This document shows positions 1 to 13,306 of a DNA stretch of 64,000 nucleotides, piece by piece. A model generated the notes under the pieces. The model saw nothing but the letters and a program-made list of their open reading frames with translations. It was not told the DNA's origin and did not search any database. Source of the DNA: Selaginella moellendorffii. Lineage: Eukaryota > Plantae > Lycopodiophyta. Position numbers and translations under genes: made by a program. Position 1 is the stretch's first letter. Every line of letters starts with the position of its first letter. Where the stretch lies: NCBI RefSeq assembly GCF_000143415.4, contig NW_003314316.1:688669-752668 (forward strand), read 5' to 3'.

Positions 1-216
1 ATCTCGGACTCCATCTCGGACTCCATCTCGGGTCCATCTCGGACTCCATCTCGGACTCCATCTCGGGTCCATCTCGGGTCCATCTCGGACTCCATCTCGG
101 GTCCATCTCGGACTCCATCTTGGACTCCATCTCGGGTCCATCTCGGACTCCATCTCGGGTCCATCTTGGGTCCATCTCGGACTCCATCTCGGACTCCATC
201 TCGGGTCCATCTCGGA
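1..216. repeat. Minisatellite of mixed 12-bp (CCATCTCGGACT) and 11-bp (CCATCTCGGGT) units inside LTR
   Basis: Read directly; about 19 CCATCTCGG cores. Confidence 0.95.
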
Positions 217-448
217 CACTTCCACGTGTCATGTGTTAGTCCTTTTGGGTCCCTTTTTGGAGCCTCGCTTATTGCTTGCTTCATGCTCATTCCTCGAGCA
301 CTTCATTGGGAGTTCCACTCCCGCTCTTGACTTTTCAAGTCGGAGCTTTTGGTCCAAATGTGTTACACTCGTTTGGCTCTCGCTTTGGCCACTACCACGT
401 GGCGCCCTTCCGGCTCCACTTTGGGGCCTAGGGATTTTGTGTCTCACA
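1..448 (-). mobile_element. Partial 3' LTR (U3 end) of non-autonomous LTR retroelement family A, copy 1; truncated by window edge
   Basis: Ends ...GTCTCACA at 448 (TG start on - strand), abutting PPT-like ACTCTACCACCC; near identical to 7786-8234. Confidence 0.85.
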
Positions 449-460
449 ACTCTACCACCC
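449..460 (-). promoter_or_regulatory. Polypurine tract GGGTGGTAGAGT preceding 3' LTR
   Basis: Directly abuts TGTGAGACAC LTR start; recurs at 8235-8246 and 43664-43675. Confidence 0.75.
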
Positions 461-2977
461 ATAGACGAAGTTCGATGTCCTCATCGAATGGTAAACCCTT
501 TCATAAAGTAACACCCGCACGTGTTACCATTTCCATCCTTGGCACCTAGCCAATATTTGTCTATGGTTTGACACCAAAGGTTCACCATGCCTTGTCCATC
601 CTCTAAGGAGTGTAGTCTCTCCAACTTAGAGACTGATTAAACCACATGTAGTGGTTCTCTCCTTTTATTGGTTTAGTTCTTGCTAAACCTCTTAGAGACC
701 CTTCTCTAAGTCAATCCCACTACTCATTCTCGAGTGGTCTCACTTTCCATCGATATAACCCTTGCACTTTGGAACCTTTTAATGTTGACTTCTCAGAGTC
801 AATTTCCTAGGTGTCTCCGACACCTTACGTTGCATATGGTGCAACTCTACTTCCCGTCCTCAGAAGTTTTTTATTTGAGGGCACCATCATCCTCTTTTCA
901 ATATCGTGCCACCTTTGGCACTAAGTTCCAGCTATCGTAATTCGTGCTAGGGCTGTCCATGGCCCTATCATTTGGCTACTTTACCACTCCATCCCTTGGA
1001 GCTTCCCCCTTTGCCAAATCGGAGCAATGGGGAACCTATCCTTGGAAACACATTGCTTTCCAGTAATCCGTTAGCATCCAACACATTAGTGTTCTTGGAC
1101 TAACTTTGCCATTTGGCTTCTATCCCATGATTCCTATGGCCCTTTTTTTAGCCACTAGTCTTTTGCTCCTATCCTTGATTGTTGCACCACGCAACACAGG
1201 ATTGTCACCTCCATTCTCGTGGTATTCTTTCAATTCCATAGCAAAGACTTTGCTTTGCCAAGTCCACAGGGTGTTCACCCCTAGTACGTCTCCTTAGCAT
1301 TTTCTGCTATGGGCTCTATTATGGCCCAACTTTGAGACCCTCCGATGGATCTCTTATAAAGACTACTTTCCTCGGACTTATTATGCCATCGCATTGACAG
1401 CTTATTTCCCTTAGGTGTTCCTCCCACTTGGTCACCTTGACCAAGCCACACCATCATCAATAGTTCCAATCAACACTTTGAACTTGAAACTTTATCCCTT
1501 AACCTCACAAGGACCTTGTCCTTATTTTAGCCATAAGATCACTTAGTGATCTAACCTTGGCACCTTAACAGGTTTGCCAATGCATACTAAGTCTTCTAGA
1601 CCTTTAAGTTGTTCACCATGACCCTGAGGGCATCTCCCACACTTGGCGGTGCACCCAAGCCAGCCCTTTCGGCCAAGGGTCCATAGCAACTGAGATTAGG
1701 TGTCCCCGTCTCATTCACCACGACCTTGGTGCCACTTGCACCAAAGTGTTCAAGTTAGATATGCTAAGCTTTCACACTAAGCAATCCAACCGTGCATCAC
1801 GACTTCGAGGCATCCCTCCCTTGGCGGTGTGCCCAAACCAGTCTCCCCATTGAGAGTCCATGACCACCGAAATATAAGTGTCCTCATATTCCAAACCATC
1901 ACCATGCCCTAGTGAGTTGGGACTCGAACCCAAGCACTAGAGGGTCGAGACTCGAACCCAACCTCCGTATATGCATTTACGGACGGCATCACACCGGATG
2001 CTTGGCGTGACTCCCCACGCCAGTGCATCAACTTATACTTAAAGCGCGCTATAGATCACTGCTTAGGAACCTAGTTCCTCCGCACTGCCAAGTTTTCTCA
2101 CTTGACCAGTCTGTGATCATGCATGGACTCCTCCATGCTTGGCCCCATGGGCCACCCCTTTGAAGTTGGCTCCTTCAACTAGGGTACTCATTCCCCTGAC
2201 TTGCCAATCTCACTTAGCAAGTCATCAGACCACTGTAACATGGTTCATGCATAAGCATGAAAGTCTTTAACCATCGACTTTCATTCAAAGCCTTCTCTTT
2301 AAACACTCGGGAAATATTTCCCTAATCTTGATAGCCTCGCCTCTTGGCAAGCTTCAAGACCACGCTTCTGCTGCGCCACTATAATTTCGCGCGCTCTATA
2401 AACCATTTACACTTGGATGTCTAGGTACTTATCTACCTAGGGGAACGTTCAAAGAACTCTGTTCCTTAGTTTGCTAAGGTCTCTCCATTTGCAAGCTTTC
2501 TAGTTGCCATATAGTCTAATATGGACAATTCTATATTTTAGACTCTCCATGGCATCACGGTTGTTTAGCAACAACATCCTCGAGCCCCCACTTGATTCTC
2601 CACTCCCAGCTGGCACAACCAGCCTTGGTCATGCCCTTCGATTCCTATGGTTTGGTTCTATCCCCTTACTACTTGCTTTTTGGCTTCACACCTTTCCTTC
2701 GGTCATTCTCCTCCAGACTAGGAGGATAGCTTTGCACTTTCTATCATGCCTTAGCAGGTATTCTTAGGGATGAACCGACCAGATAGCCTAGGGAGTGGTT
2801 CTTCAATCTAGGTATGCTCACCTTGTAATCCCACACACTGAGATTACTATTGCTACTTATGGGCTTTCATATGCCCATCATTAGCCTCGCCAAAATCCCC
2901 TTTTTGGCTTTGTCCAATTTGGGTAGACGGACTTCTCTTGTCTCCGCAACCTTGGACATTTGGATAGCACCTCCTAT

Positions 2978-3077
2978 NNNNNNNNNNNNNNNNNNNNNNN
3001 NNNNNNNNNNNNNNNNNNNNNNNNNNNNNNNNNNNNNNNNNNNNNNNNNNNNNNNNNNNNNNNNNNNNNNNNNNNNN
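2978..3077. other. Assembly gap (100 N)
   Basis: Paralog at ~10764 shows only CC between the same flanks. Confidence 0.95.
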
Positions 3078-4574
3078 ATTATTCGCTAGGGACTTTGTCC
3101 CTTGGGACTTATTTATTGCCCTCGCGATACTAAACACCACCTCTTGGTGTTCTAGAGTGTTTGGGTGTCTTAATGATGGCCTCATTGACAATGAGCATTT
3201 CCTTTTATGACATTGACTTACTATATCGCAACATAAGCAACTTATCCCCATAAGGGTATATTTAACTTCTTTATCCCATTAAAAAGTCTTGGGCAGCTAC
3301 CTCCTACCCTTTTAACCAATTACCTGCACCTCTTGCTTAGTTGCCTCATAGTTGTCAAGTCCTACAACTCATTGCTGGTGCTTCCACACCTCCATCATTA
3401 TCTGGGTCACCACACTCTACCATCTGCCTTCCAGTTTAGGCTATGCCATTCCCATTTCCATAAGGATTCCTTTCGCAAGGGGTTCTCATGAACCCATCAA
3501 CATAACCTCAAGGTATCACACCTTGGGCCATTTGGTGTCTCCACACCATTGGCTCCACGAGCTTATCTCGATGACACTTCTTAATTGTGTCTAGGTCTTT
3601 GCCAAGACCAATACAGTGGTCTCTTATGCCAATTATCCATTAACACTGCAGCATAGAGTTCACACACAACTTTGTGTCAAAGTTATTTTCTTTCGGGAAA
3701 CTCCTTCCCACGACTTTAGCATGGCACCTTCTGCCATCAATGAGATACACACTGCTCTCATGCTTGGATCTCAAGATCCTCCCCATCCTTCGTGGGGCAC
3801 CACACACCTCAGTCCAAATGCTTTCCTCAAGCCCTTAGGATTATACCTTGACTCTATTGGAGTCATTCAACTTTTTGGACTTTGTTAATCCGATGACCTA
3901 TGAGGTCCTACCTTTGAGGTGCTAATTTATTAGAATACAACTCCTTGTATTCATATCCTACTCCAAGGACCATCTTTTGCAAGTGTTACTCCGACACTCG
4001 ATTTTTTCTCTAGGGGCAACTTTCTACCCCTTAGGACCACTTGTCCATATGATGAGAATACCAACTCATCCTTTAAGTACACCCCCAACTCCTTGGGTTG
4101 TTCCAGCATTTATTAGAGGTAGCCCCGGCTACCATTTCAAGTACTTGTGTCCTCTTCCGTATTTGACCTCCCACGGTCATCAATTCCGGTCTCAAATTTA
4201 TAAGCACCAGCCCCAACTATATGAGGGTAATCTTGTGACTCCTTTATTGTTTTGGAGTCTGCATCTTGCCTGTGATCCCAACGATAGTTGTTTACTACAA
4301 CTACATTAGCCCGTTTGCTGCGTCAAACGCTCATCTAGATCACATCCTCAACTCTCTGAGGAAACCCTTACACTGTTCCCAAGATCCCAAAGTCGTTCCA
4401 TTATTGGCCCTTTTTTATCCACCACGTTGTCTACAAGTTCACATATGAACTATAATGGAAAGCCATGTCTTCCCGACCTACTACTCCTCAAGGATAGGCC
4501 CACTCCTCGGACCTTCCGATGCCAACACCAGTGGTGGTATACTTGAGCACCAATAAAAGTCGAACTAAGGAACA

Positions 4575-4586
4575 GCTCCGATACCA
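4575..4586 (-). promoter_or_regulatory. Primer binding site, tRNA-iMet type (TGGTATCGGAGC)
   Basis: One mismatch to canonical TGGTATCAGAGC, 3 nt from LTR end CA; second copy at 12263-12274. Confidence 0.85.
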
Positions 4587-4589
4587 AGT

Positions 4590-5553
4590 TGTAAGCGATT
4601 AATTTTTCCATTTTACTTTAGTCACTTAACCGCACCTCCGACCACTTGGAGGAGTCTCATTCACAACCTCCATAAGTCCCAGTTAGGACTTGGGGCTTGC
4701 TAACCCCGAGAATGGCATCTATGCCACTCAACCTTAGCACTTGGTCTAAGTGCTCCACGTGTCCGATCCCATGATCGACACCCCAAGGTGCCACTAACGT
4801 ATCGGCCCATTACGCTAAGGCTATGCCCATTTACCTTGGTCACACTGGTGGTCCAACACCACATGCATTCCAATCCTATCTCTCAAAGACTGGGTCATCC
4901 GTCCATGAGTGATCATCCCAGATCCACTCCTTAACATCTTTAGGATGCCTACAGACATGGGGAATAGCTTTCGTCAATATCTCCGTTCTGGTCCTCACCA
5001 AGTCCCTTTCTATCCTTGGCTGTGTTCGCCAACAACACCATTGGATCAAGGCCCACCGGCCCGACCACTAAGTCCCACTATCCTTTAGGACTTCCTCACC
5101 ATGTGACTGTGTCCTTGGTCACCACACTAGAGGGCTACTCCTTTTCCTTTCCACAGTCTGGGACTTTGGGACACCATTTTGGAACCCCGTGGCCCTACGT
5201 GGGCCTCATGGGTACTCTCCTTGCCTTCTGCATTTGGATGCTCTAGCCATGGGCTTAGAGCGAGGTTCCGTTGAGCCACGCCTGGTATCCAAGTAGGTAG
5301 TGTCACCCACACTTGGACTGGGAGCATCGACCATTCGATCTCCCGGGGGAACTAGAGCCGGCTCTTGAACACTTCACCAAGCTACCTCGCTTGTCGGTTC
5401 GTATTCACTCTAGTTTTGGACTTCCCAGTGGTCAATTCATCACCCAACACTGGGTATGGCCTTCCTGGGCCAAACTGGCCCTTCCTAGCCAAACTGGCTC
5501 CACTGGGCTCCAACCCCCACACTCTCCTTACTATACTTTTGGAACCCCCCGCA
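4590..5553 (-). mobile_element. 5' LTR of family A copy 1, short 964-bp form (TG...CA)
   Basis: Near identical to 12278-13241; homology stops where the internal poly-C tract of the long LTR begins. Confidence 0.8.
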
Positions 5554-7066
5554 GCCATGGTCACATAACCCGCCTCTTTGTCGATGTTCCTTATTCCGTT
5601 AAAAGGGCGTGACCGTGTAAACAACTCTAACTGCCTGTTTACAGTAGTCTATCTAAACCTTACCGACGGGTTTGGTTTCTTTGCTCAGGAGGGTTGGGGC
5701 CTCTAGTTTCTCTCTCTATGTCTCTGCGGGCAGGGCATATCACACTTTTGTAAGCTGGGTGACTCCCAGAGCAGCAGGGGTGGCTGACTCCGTTGGTCAT
5801 TTCCTTGTCGGCGACGGCCGGAAGGTGTCTGAGCTGGTAGCGCATCCGCGTTAGACAAAGAGGTTGCCCCCTAACTCATTTAAGTTGGTGCATTTCTCAC
5901 ATAGTGTGAGTACCGTGAACTTTTTTCTGGAGTTGTTTCCTTGGCGGTATTCTAGACTCGAGTATGCATCAACGAGGACGTCAATCTTCCCTAGGGGGGG
6001 AGAGTGTTGCGAATGTGACTTCGGGTATCGAAAGTTACCTGTCGACTAGTCCTTACGGACACTCTTACCTTACTGCCACGATGGCAGGAGGTCGGTATTG
6101 CTGTTTCCCTTTATTAGCCCCTCTTGTTCAAGTGTTAGTAAACTGGACTTTGCATCTGTACTTGGCCGGATGAGCATAAGGAAGGAATTCCTAAGTGTCT
6201 ATTTAGCTGAGCATACTTGGCCCGGCTTGTTAGTTCTCTTTTGCTTTGTCTTGCACTTGCTTGACAAGAACCCTCGCGTATTGAGATTGGTCCCTCAATA
6301 TCGCCGGATGATAGCTTACCATGTCTGCCAAACACCCTCGCTATCATGCCCTTTGTGTTAGTCTCATTTCGGTCCCAAATGCTATTTATGGAAAGTGTCC
6401 AGATTTGCTCATTTGGCATATCTACGGAATGTAGAGATCGTCCTGAACACAATGGTGTTCGTCCCATGTCCAAATTCACAATCTAGGGACATTCCATATT
6501 TAGTAAGTTTCGAGCTTGTCCCAGAGACTAACTCCTGGTACTAAGGGTGGCTTGGGGTGAAAGCCCAAAGCGTGTGTTCCTCAAGGGGGGGGGGGGGGGG
6601 CTGTGGGGGGTTCCAAATGTATAGTAGGGATAGTGGGTAGGTCGGGCATGGCTGACCAACCTGAGGCATAGTCTAGCTCCCGCTTGCGTGCCTGTCCTTG
6701 TTCTGCGTCCGGCTTGGGTCTAAGCCCAAGTTTCATTCCATGCTAGTTGGTGGAGTACCCATGTCCTCGCGTTAGGCCACCGGTATGCCGAAATAGCGCC
6801 AGACTTCGTTTGGCTCCGTTTTGCGTGCTGGTCCTGGCATTGGGATGCTGGTTGCTCCAGGACTGTTCCAAGTCGCTCCGGGCTCCTGTCCCTTCGCTCC
6901 TTGGGCTTCATGCTCGGGAGTTGCTCCGTGGTTCGGTTCCGTCACTCCTTGGCTCCATGCTTGGGAGTTTGGCACCGTTCCTTCGTTCAGTGGCCCAAGG
7001 CCCTGAACTTCGGGTTCCTATGGACACGTGGCATGGACACGTGGCATGTGACACGTGGCATCTGTC
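5554..7066 (+). mobile_element. 3' fragment of a second degenerate Gypsy-type element (family B): internal end, PPT (AA+16G, 6583-6600), LTR starting TG at 6602, running into N gap
   Basis: Poly-G PPT followed by TGTGGGGGGTTCCAAATGTATAGT; ~6005-6590 is homologous to 34936-35520. Confidence 0.65.
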
Positions 7067-7216
7067 NNNNNNNNNNNNNNNNNNNNNNNNNNNNNNNNNN
7101 NNNNNNNNNNNNNNNNNNNNNNNNNNNNNNNNNNNNNNNNNNNNNNNNNNNNNNNNNNNNNNNNNNNNNNNNNNNNNNNNNNNNNNNNNNNNNNNNNNNN
7201 NNNNNNNNNNNNNNNN
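7067..7216. other. Assembly gap (150 N)
   Basis: N run between family B LTR and family A LTR. Confidence 0.95.
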
Positions 7217-7677
7217 AACCCCGTGGCCCTACGCGGGCCTCATAGGTACTCTCCCCGCCTTCCGCATTTGGGTGCTCTAGCCATGGGCTTAGAGCGAGGT
7301 TCCGTTAAGCCACGCCTGGTATCCAAGTAAGTAGTGCCACCCACACTTGGATTGGGAGCATCGACCATTCGATCTCCCGAGGGAACTAGAGCCGGCTCTT
7401 GAAAACTTCACCAAGCTACCCCGCTTGTCGGTCCGTATTCACTCTAGTTTTGGACTTCCCAGTGGTCAGTTCATCACCCAACACTGGGTATGGCCTTCCT
7501 GGGCCAAACTGGCCTTTCCTGGCCAAACTGGCCCTTCCTGGCTAAACTGGCTCCATTGGGCTCCAACCCCCACACTCTCCCTACTGTACTTTTGGAACCC
7601 CGGAGGCCCCCCCCCCCCCCCCCCCCCACCTAGGGGACGATCGCTTTGGGCTTTCACCCAACTGCCTGTATTAGTAT

Positions 7678-8002
7678 TCGGACTCGGACTCAGTCTCGGT
7701 CCCGGTTTCAAACTTGGACTCGGTCTCGGTCTCGGCTTCAGCCTCGGTCTCAGTCTCAGGTCCATCTCGGACTCCATCTCGGGTCCATCTCGGACTCCAT
7801 CTCGGACTCCATCTCGGGTCCATCTCGGACTCCATCTCGGACTCCATCTCGGGTCCATCTCGGACTCCATCTCGGACTCCATCTCGGGTCCATCTCGGGT
7901 CCATCTCGGACTCCATCTCGGGTCCATCTCGGACTCCATCTCGGACTCCATCTCGGGTCCATCTTGGGTCCATCTCGGACTCCATCTCGGGTCCATCTCG
8001 GA
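7678..8002. repeat. CTCGGW hexamer run followed by 11/12-bp minisatellite (~21 cores) in LTR
   Basis: Read directly. Confidence 0.95.
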
Positions 8003-11000
8003 CACTTCCACATGTCATGTGTTAGTCCTTTTGGGTCCCTTTTTGGAGCCTCGCTTATTGCTTGCTTCATGCTCATTCCTCGAGCACTTCATTGGGAGTT
8101 CCACTCCCGCTCTTGACTTTTCAAGTCGGAGCTTTTGGTCCAAATGTGTTACACTCGTTTGGCTCTCGCTTTGGCCACTACCACGTGGCGCCCTTCCGGC
8201 TCCACTTTGGGGCCTAGGGATTTTGTGTCTCACAACTCTACCACCCATAGACGAAGTTCGATGTCCTCATCGAATGGTAAACCCTTTCATAAAGTAACAC
8301 CCGCACGTGTTACCATTTCCATCCTTGGCACCTAGCCAATATTTGTCTATGGTTTGACACCAAAGGTTCACCATGCCTTGTCCATCCTCTAAGGAGTGTA
8401 GTCTCTCCAACTTAGAGACTGATTAAACCACATGTAGTGGTTCTCTCCTTTTATTGGTTTAGTTCTTGCTAAACCTCTTAGAGACCCTTCTCTAAGTCAA
8501 TCCCACTACTCATTCTCGAGTGGTCTCACTTTCCATCGATATAACCCTTGCACTTTGGAACCTTTTAATGTTGACTTCTCAGAGTCAATTTCCTAGGTGT
8601 CTCCGACACCTTACGTTGCATATGGTGCAACTCTACTTCCCGTCCTCAGAAGTTTTTTATTTGAGGGCACCATCATCCTCTTTTCAATATCGTGCCACCT
8701 TTGGCACTAAGTTCCAGCTATCGTAATTCGTGCTAGGGCTGTCCATGGCCCTATCATTTGGCTACTTTACCACTCCATCCCTTGGAGCTTCCCCCTTTGC
8801 CAAATCGGAGCAATGGGGAACCTATCCTTGGAAACACATTGCTTTCCAGTAATCCGTTAGCATCCAACACATTAGTGTTCTTGGACTAACTTTGCCATTT
8901 GGCTTCTATCCCATGATTCCTATGGCCCTTTTTTTAGCCACTAGTCTTTTGCTCCTATCCTTGATTGTTGCACCACGCAACACAGGATTATCACCTCCAT
9001 TCTCGTGGTATTCTTTCAATTCCATAGCAAAGACTTTGCTTTGCCAAGTCCACAGGGTGTTCACCCCTAGTACGTCTCCTTAGCATTTTCTGCTATGGGC
9101 TCTATTATGGCCCAACTTTGAGACCCTCCGATGGATCTCTTATAAAGACTACTTTCCTCGGACTTATTATGCCATCGCATTGACAGCTCATTTCCCTTAG
9201 GTGTTCCTCCCACTTGGTCACCTTGACCAAGCCACACCATCATCAATAGTTCCAATCAACACTTTGAACTTGAAACTTTATCCCTTAACCTCACAAGGAC
9301 CTTGTCCTTATTTTAGCCATAAGATCACTTAGTGATCTAACCTTGGCACCTTAACAGGTTTGCCAATGCATACTAAGTCTTCTAGACCTTTAAGTTGTTC
9401 ACCATGACCCCGAGGGCATCTCCCACACTTGGCGGTGCACCCAAGCCAGCCCTTTCGGCCAAGGGTCCATAGCAACTGAGATTAGGTGTCCCCGTCTCAT
9501 TCACCACGACCTTGGTGCCACTTGCACCAAAGTGTTCAAGTTAGATATGCTGAGCTTTCACACTAAGCAATCCAACCGTGCATCACGACTTCGAGGCATC
9601 CCTCCCTTGGCGGTGTGCCCAAACCAGTCTCCCCATTGAGAGTCCATGACCACCGAAATATAAGTGTCCTCATATTCCAAACCATCACCATGCCCTAGTG
9701 AGTTGGGACTCGAACCCAAGCACTAGAGGGTCGAGACTCGAACCCAACCTCCGTATATGCATTTACGGACGGCATCACACCGGATGTTTGGCGTGACTCC
9801 CCACGCCAGTGCATCAACTTATACTTAAAGCGCGCTATAGATCACTGCTTAGGAACCTAGTTCCTCCGCACTGCCAAGTTTTCTCACTTGACCAGTCTGT
9901 GATCATGCATGGACTCCTCCATGCTTGGCCCCATGGGCCACCCCTTTGAAGTTGGCTCCTTCAACTAGGGTACTCATTCCCCTGACTTGCCAATCTCACT
10001 TAGCAAGTCATCAGACCACTGTAACATGGTTCATGCATAAGCATGAAAGTATTTAACCATCGACTTTCATTCAAAGCCTTCTCTTTAAACACTCGGGAAA
10101 TATTTCCCTAATCTTGATAGCCTCGCCTCTTGGCAAGCTTCAAGACCACGCTTCTGCTGCGCCACTATAATTTCGCGCGCTCTATAAACCATTTACACTT
10201 GGATGTCTAGGTACTTATCTACCTAGGGGAACGTTCAAAGAACTCTGTTCCTTAGTTTGCTAAGGTCTCTCCATTTGCAAGCTTTCTAGTTGCCATATAG
10301 TCTAATATGGACAATTCTATATTTTAGACTCTCCATGGCATCACGGTTGCTTAGCAACAACATCCTCGAGCCCCCACTTGATTCTCCACTCCCAGCTGGC
10401 ACAACCAGCCTTGGTCATGCCCTTCGATTCCTATGGTTTGGTTCTATCCCCTTACTACTTGCTTTTTGGCTTCACACCTTTCCTTCGGTCATTCTCCTCC
10501 AGACTAGGAGGATAGCTTTGCACTTTCTATCATGCCTTAGCAGGTATTCTTAGGGATGAACCGACCAGATAGCCTAGGGAGTGGTTCTTCAATCTAGGTA
10601 TGCTCACCTTGTAATCCCACACACTGGGATTACTATTGCTACTTATGGGCTTTCATATGCCCATCATTAGCCTCGCCAAAATCCCCTTTTTGGCTTTGTC
10701 CAATTTGGGTAGACGGACTTCTCCTGTCTCCGCAACCTTGGACATTTGGATAGCACCTCCTATCCATTATTCGCTAGGGACTTTGTCCCTTGGGACTTAT
10801 TTATTGCCCTCGCGATACTAAACACCACCTCTTGGTGTTCTAGAGTGTTTGGGTGTCTTAATGATGGCCTCATTGACAATGAGCATTTCCTTTTATGACA
10901 TTGACTTACTATATCGCAACATAAGCAACTTATCCCCATAAGGGTATATTTAACTTCTTTATCCCATTAAAAAGTCTTGGGCAGCTACCTCCTACCCTTT

Positions 11001-13306
11001 TAACCAATTACCTGCACCTCTTGCTTAGTTGCCTCATAGTTGTCAAGTCCTACAACTCATTGCTGGTGCTTCCACACCTCCATCATTATCTGGGTCACCA
11101 CACTCTACCATCTACCTTCCAGTTTAGGCTATGCCATTCCCATTTCCATAAGGATTCCTTTCGCAAGGGGTTCTCATGAACCCATCAACATAACCTCAAG
11201 GTATCACACCTTGGGCCATTTGGTGTCTCCACACCATTGGCTCCACGAGCTTATCTCAATGACACTTCTTAATTGTGTCTAGGTCTTTGCCAAGACCAAT
11301 ACAGTGGTCTCTTATGCCAATTATCCATTAACACTGCAGCATAGAGTTCACACACAACTTTGTGTCAAAGTTGTTTTCTTTCGGGAAACTCCTTCCCACG
11401 ACTTTAGCATGGCACCTTCTGCCATCAATGAGATACACACTGCTCTCATGCTTGGATCTCAAGATCCTCCCCATCCTTCGTGGGGCACCACACACCTCAG
11501 TCCAAATGCTTTCCTCAAGCCCTTAGGATTATACCTTGACTCTATTGGAGTCATTCAACTTTTTGGACTTTGTTAATCCGATGACCCATGAGGTCCTACC
11601 TTTGAGGTGCTAGTTTATTAGAATACAACTCCTTGTATTCATATCCTACTCCAAGGACCATCTTTTGCAAGTGTTACTCCGACACTCGATTTTTTCTCTA
11701 GGGGCAACTTTCTACCCCTTAGGACCACTTGTCCATATGATGAGAATACCAACTCATCCTTTAAGTACACCCCCAACTCCTTGGGTTGTTCCAGCATTTA
11801 TTAGAGGTAGCCCCGGCTACCATTTCAAGTACTTGTGTCCTCTTCCGTATTTGACCTCCCACGGTCATCAATTCCGGTCTCAAATTTATAAGCACCAGCC
11901 CCAACTATATGAGGGTAATCTTGTGACTCCTTTATTGTTTTGGAGTCTGCATCTTGCCTGTGATCCCAACGATAGTTGTTTACTACAACTACATTAGCCC
12001 GTTTGCTGCGTCAAACGCTCATCTAGATCACATCCTCAACTCTCTGAGGAAACCCTTACACTGTTCCCAAGATCCCAAAGTCGTTCCATTATTGGCCCTT
12101 TTCTATCCACCACGTTGTCTACAAGTTCACACATGAACTATAATGGAAAGCCATGTCTTCCCGACCTGCTACTCCTCAAGGATAGGCCCACTCCTCGGAC
12201 CTTCCGATGCCAACACCAGTGGTGGTATACTTGAGCACCAATAAAAGTCGAACTAAGGAACAGCTCCGATACCAAGTTGTAAGCGATTAATTTTTCCATT
12301 TTACTTTAGTCACTTAACCGCACCTCCGACCACTTGGAGGAGTCTCATTCACAACCTCCATAAGTCCCAGTTAGGACTTGGGGCTTGCTAACCCCGAGAA
12401 TGGCATCTATGCCACTCAACCTTAGCACTTGGTCTAAGTGCTCCACGTGTCCGATCCCATGATCGACACCCCAAGGTGCCACTAACGTATCGGCCCATTA
12501 CGCTAAGGCCATGCCCATTTACCTTGGTCACACTGGTGGTCCAACACCACATGCATTCCAATCCTATCTCTCAAAGACTGGGTCATCCGTCCATGAGTGA
12601 TCATCCCAGATCCACTCCTTAACATCTTTAGGATGCCTACAGACATGGGGAATAGCTTTCGTCAATATCTCCGTTCTGGTCCTCACCAAGTCCCTTTCTA
12701 TCCTTGGCTGTGTTCGCCAACAACACCATTGGATCAAGGCCCACCGGCCCGACCACTAAGTCCCACTATCCTTTAGGACTTCCTCACCATGTGACTGTGT
12801 CCTTGGTCACCACACTAGAGGGCTACTCCTCTTCCTTTCCACAATCTGGGACTTTGGGACACCATTTCGGAACCCCGTGGCCCTACGTGGGCCTCATGGG
12901 TACTCTCCCTGCCTTCTGCATTTGGATGCTCTAGCCATGGGCTTAGAGCGAGGTTCCGTTGAGCCACGCCTGGTATCCAAGTAGGTAGTGTCACCCACAC
13001 TTGGACTGGGAGCATCGACCATTCGATCTCCCGGGGGAACTAGAGCCGGCTCTTGAACACTTCACCAAGCTACCTCGCTTGTCGGTTCGTATTCACTCTA
13101 GTTTTGGACTTCCCAGTGGTCAATTCATCACCCAACACTGGGTATGGCCTTCCTGGGCCAAACTGGCCCTTCCTAGCCAAACTGGCTCCACTGGGCTCCA
13201 ACCCCCACACTCTCCTTACTATACTTTTGGAACCCCCCGCAGCCCCCCCCCCCCCCCCCTGGAGGACGATCACTTTGGGCTTTCACCCAACTGCCTGTAT
13301 TAGTAT

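Larger units (their letters stand above)
449..4589 (-). mobile_element. Non-coding internal region of family A LTR element, copy 1 (degenerate Gypsy/chromovirus-derived, LARD-like)
   Basis: PBS at 4575-4586 and PPT at 449-460; no long ORF on either strand; faint chromodomain-like remnant (QILARCQG...NTC) just before the PPT; near identical to 8235-12277. Confidence 0.8.

Noticed and set aside
1-216. CRISPR-like array
   Set aside because: No unique spacers, units only 11-12 bp, eukaryotic LTR context, no cas genes
1960-2420. Copia-like motifs (TRPDIAY-like, NG..ER-like) in the family A internal region
   Set aside because: Need several frameshifts to see; PPT context and chromodomain echo fit Gypsy better; unresolved without an HMM search
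7347-8297. Long low-complexity ORFs over the minisatellite (also 13053-13991, 26355-27253)
   Set aside because: Stop-free repeat units; frames vary with unit number between copies
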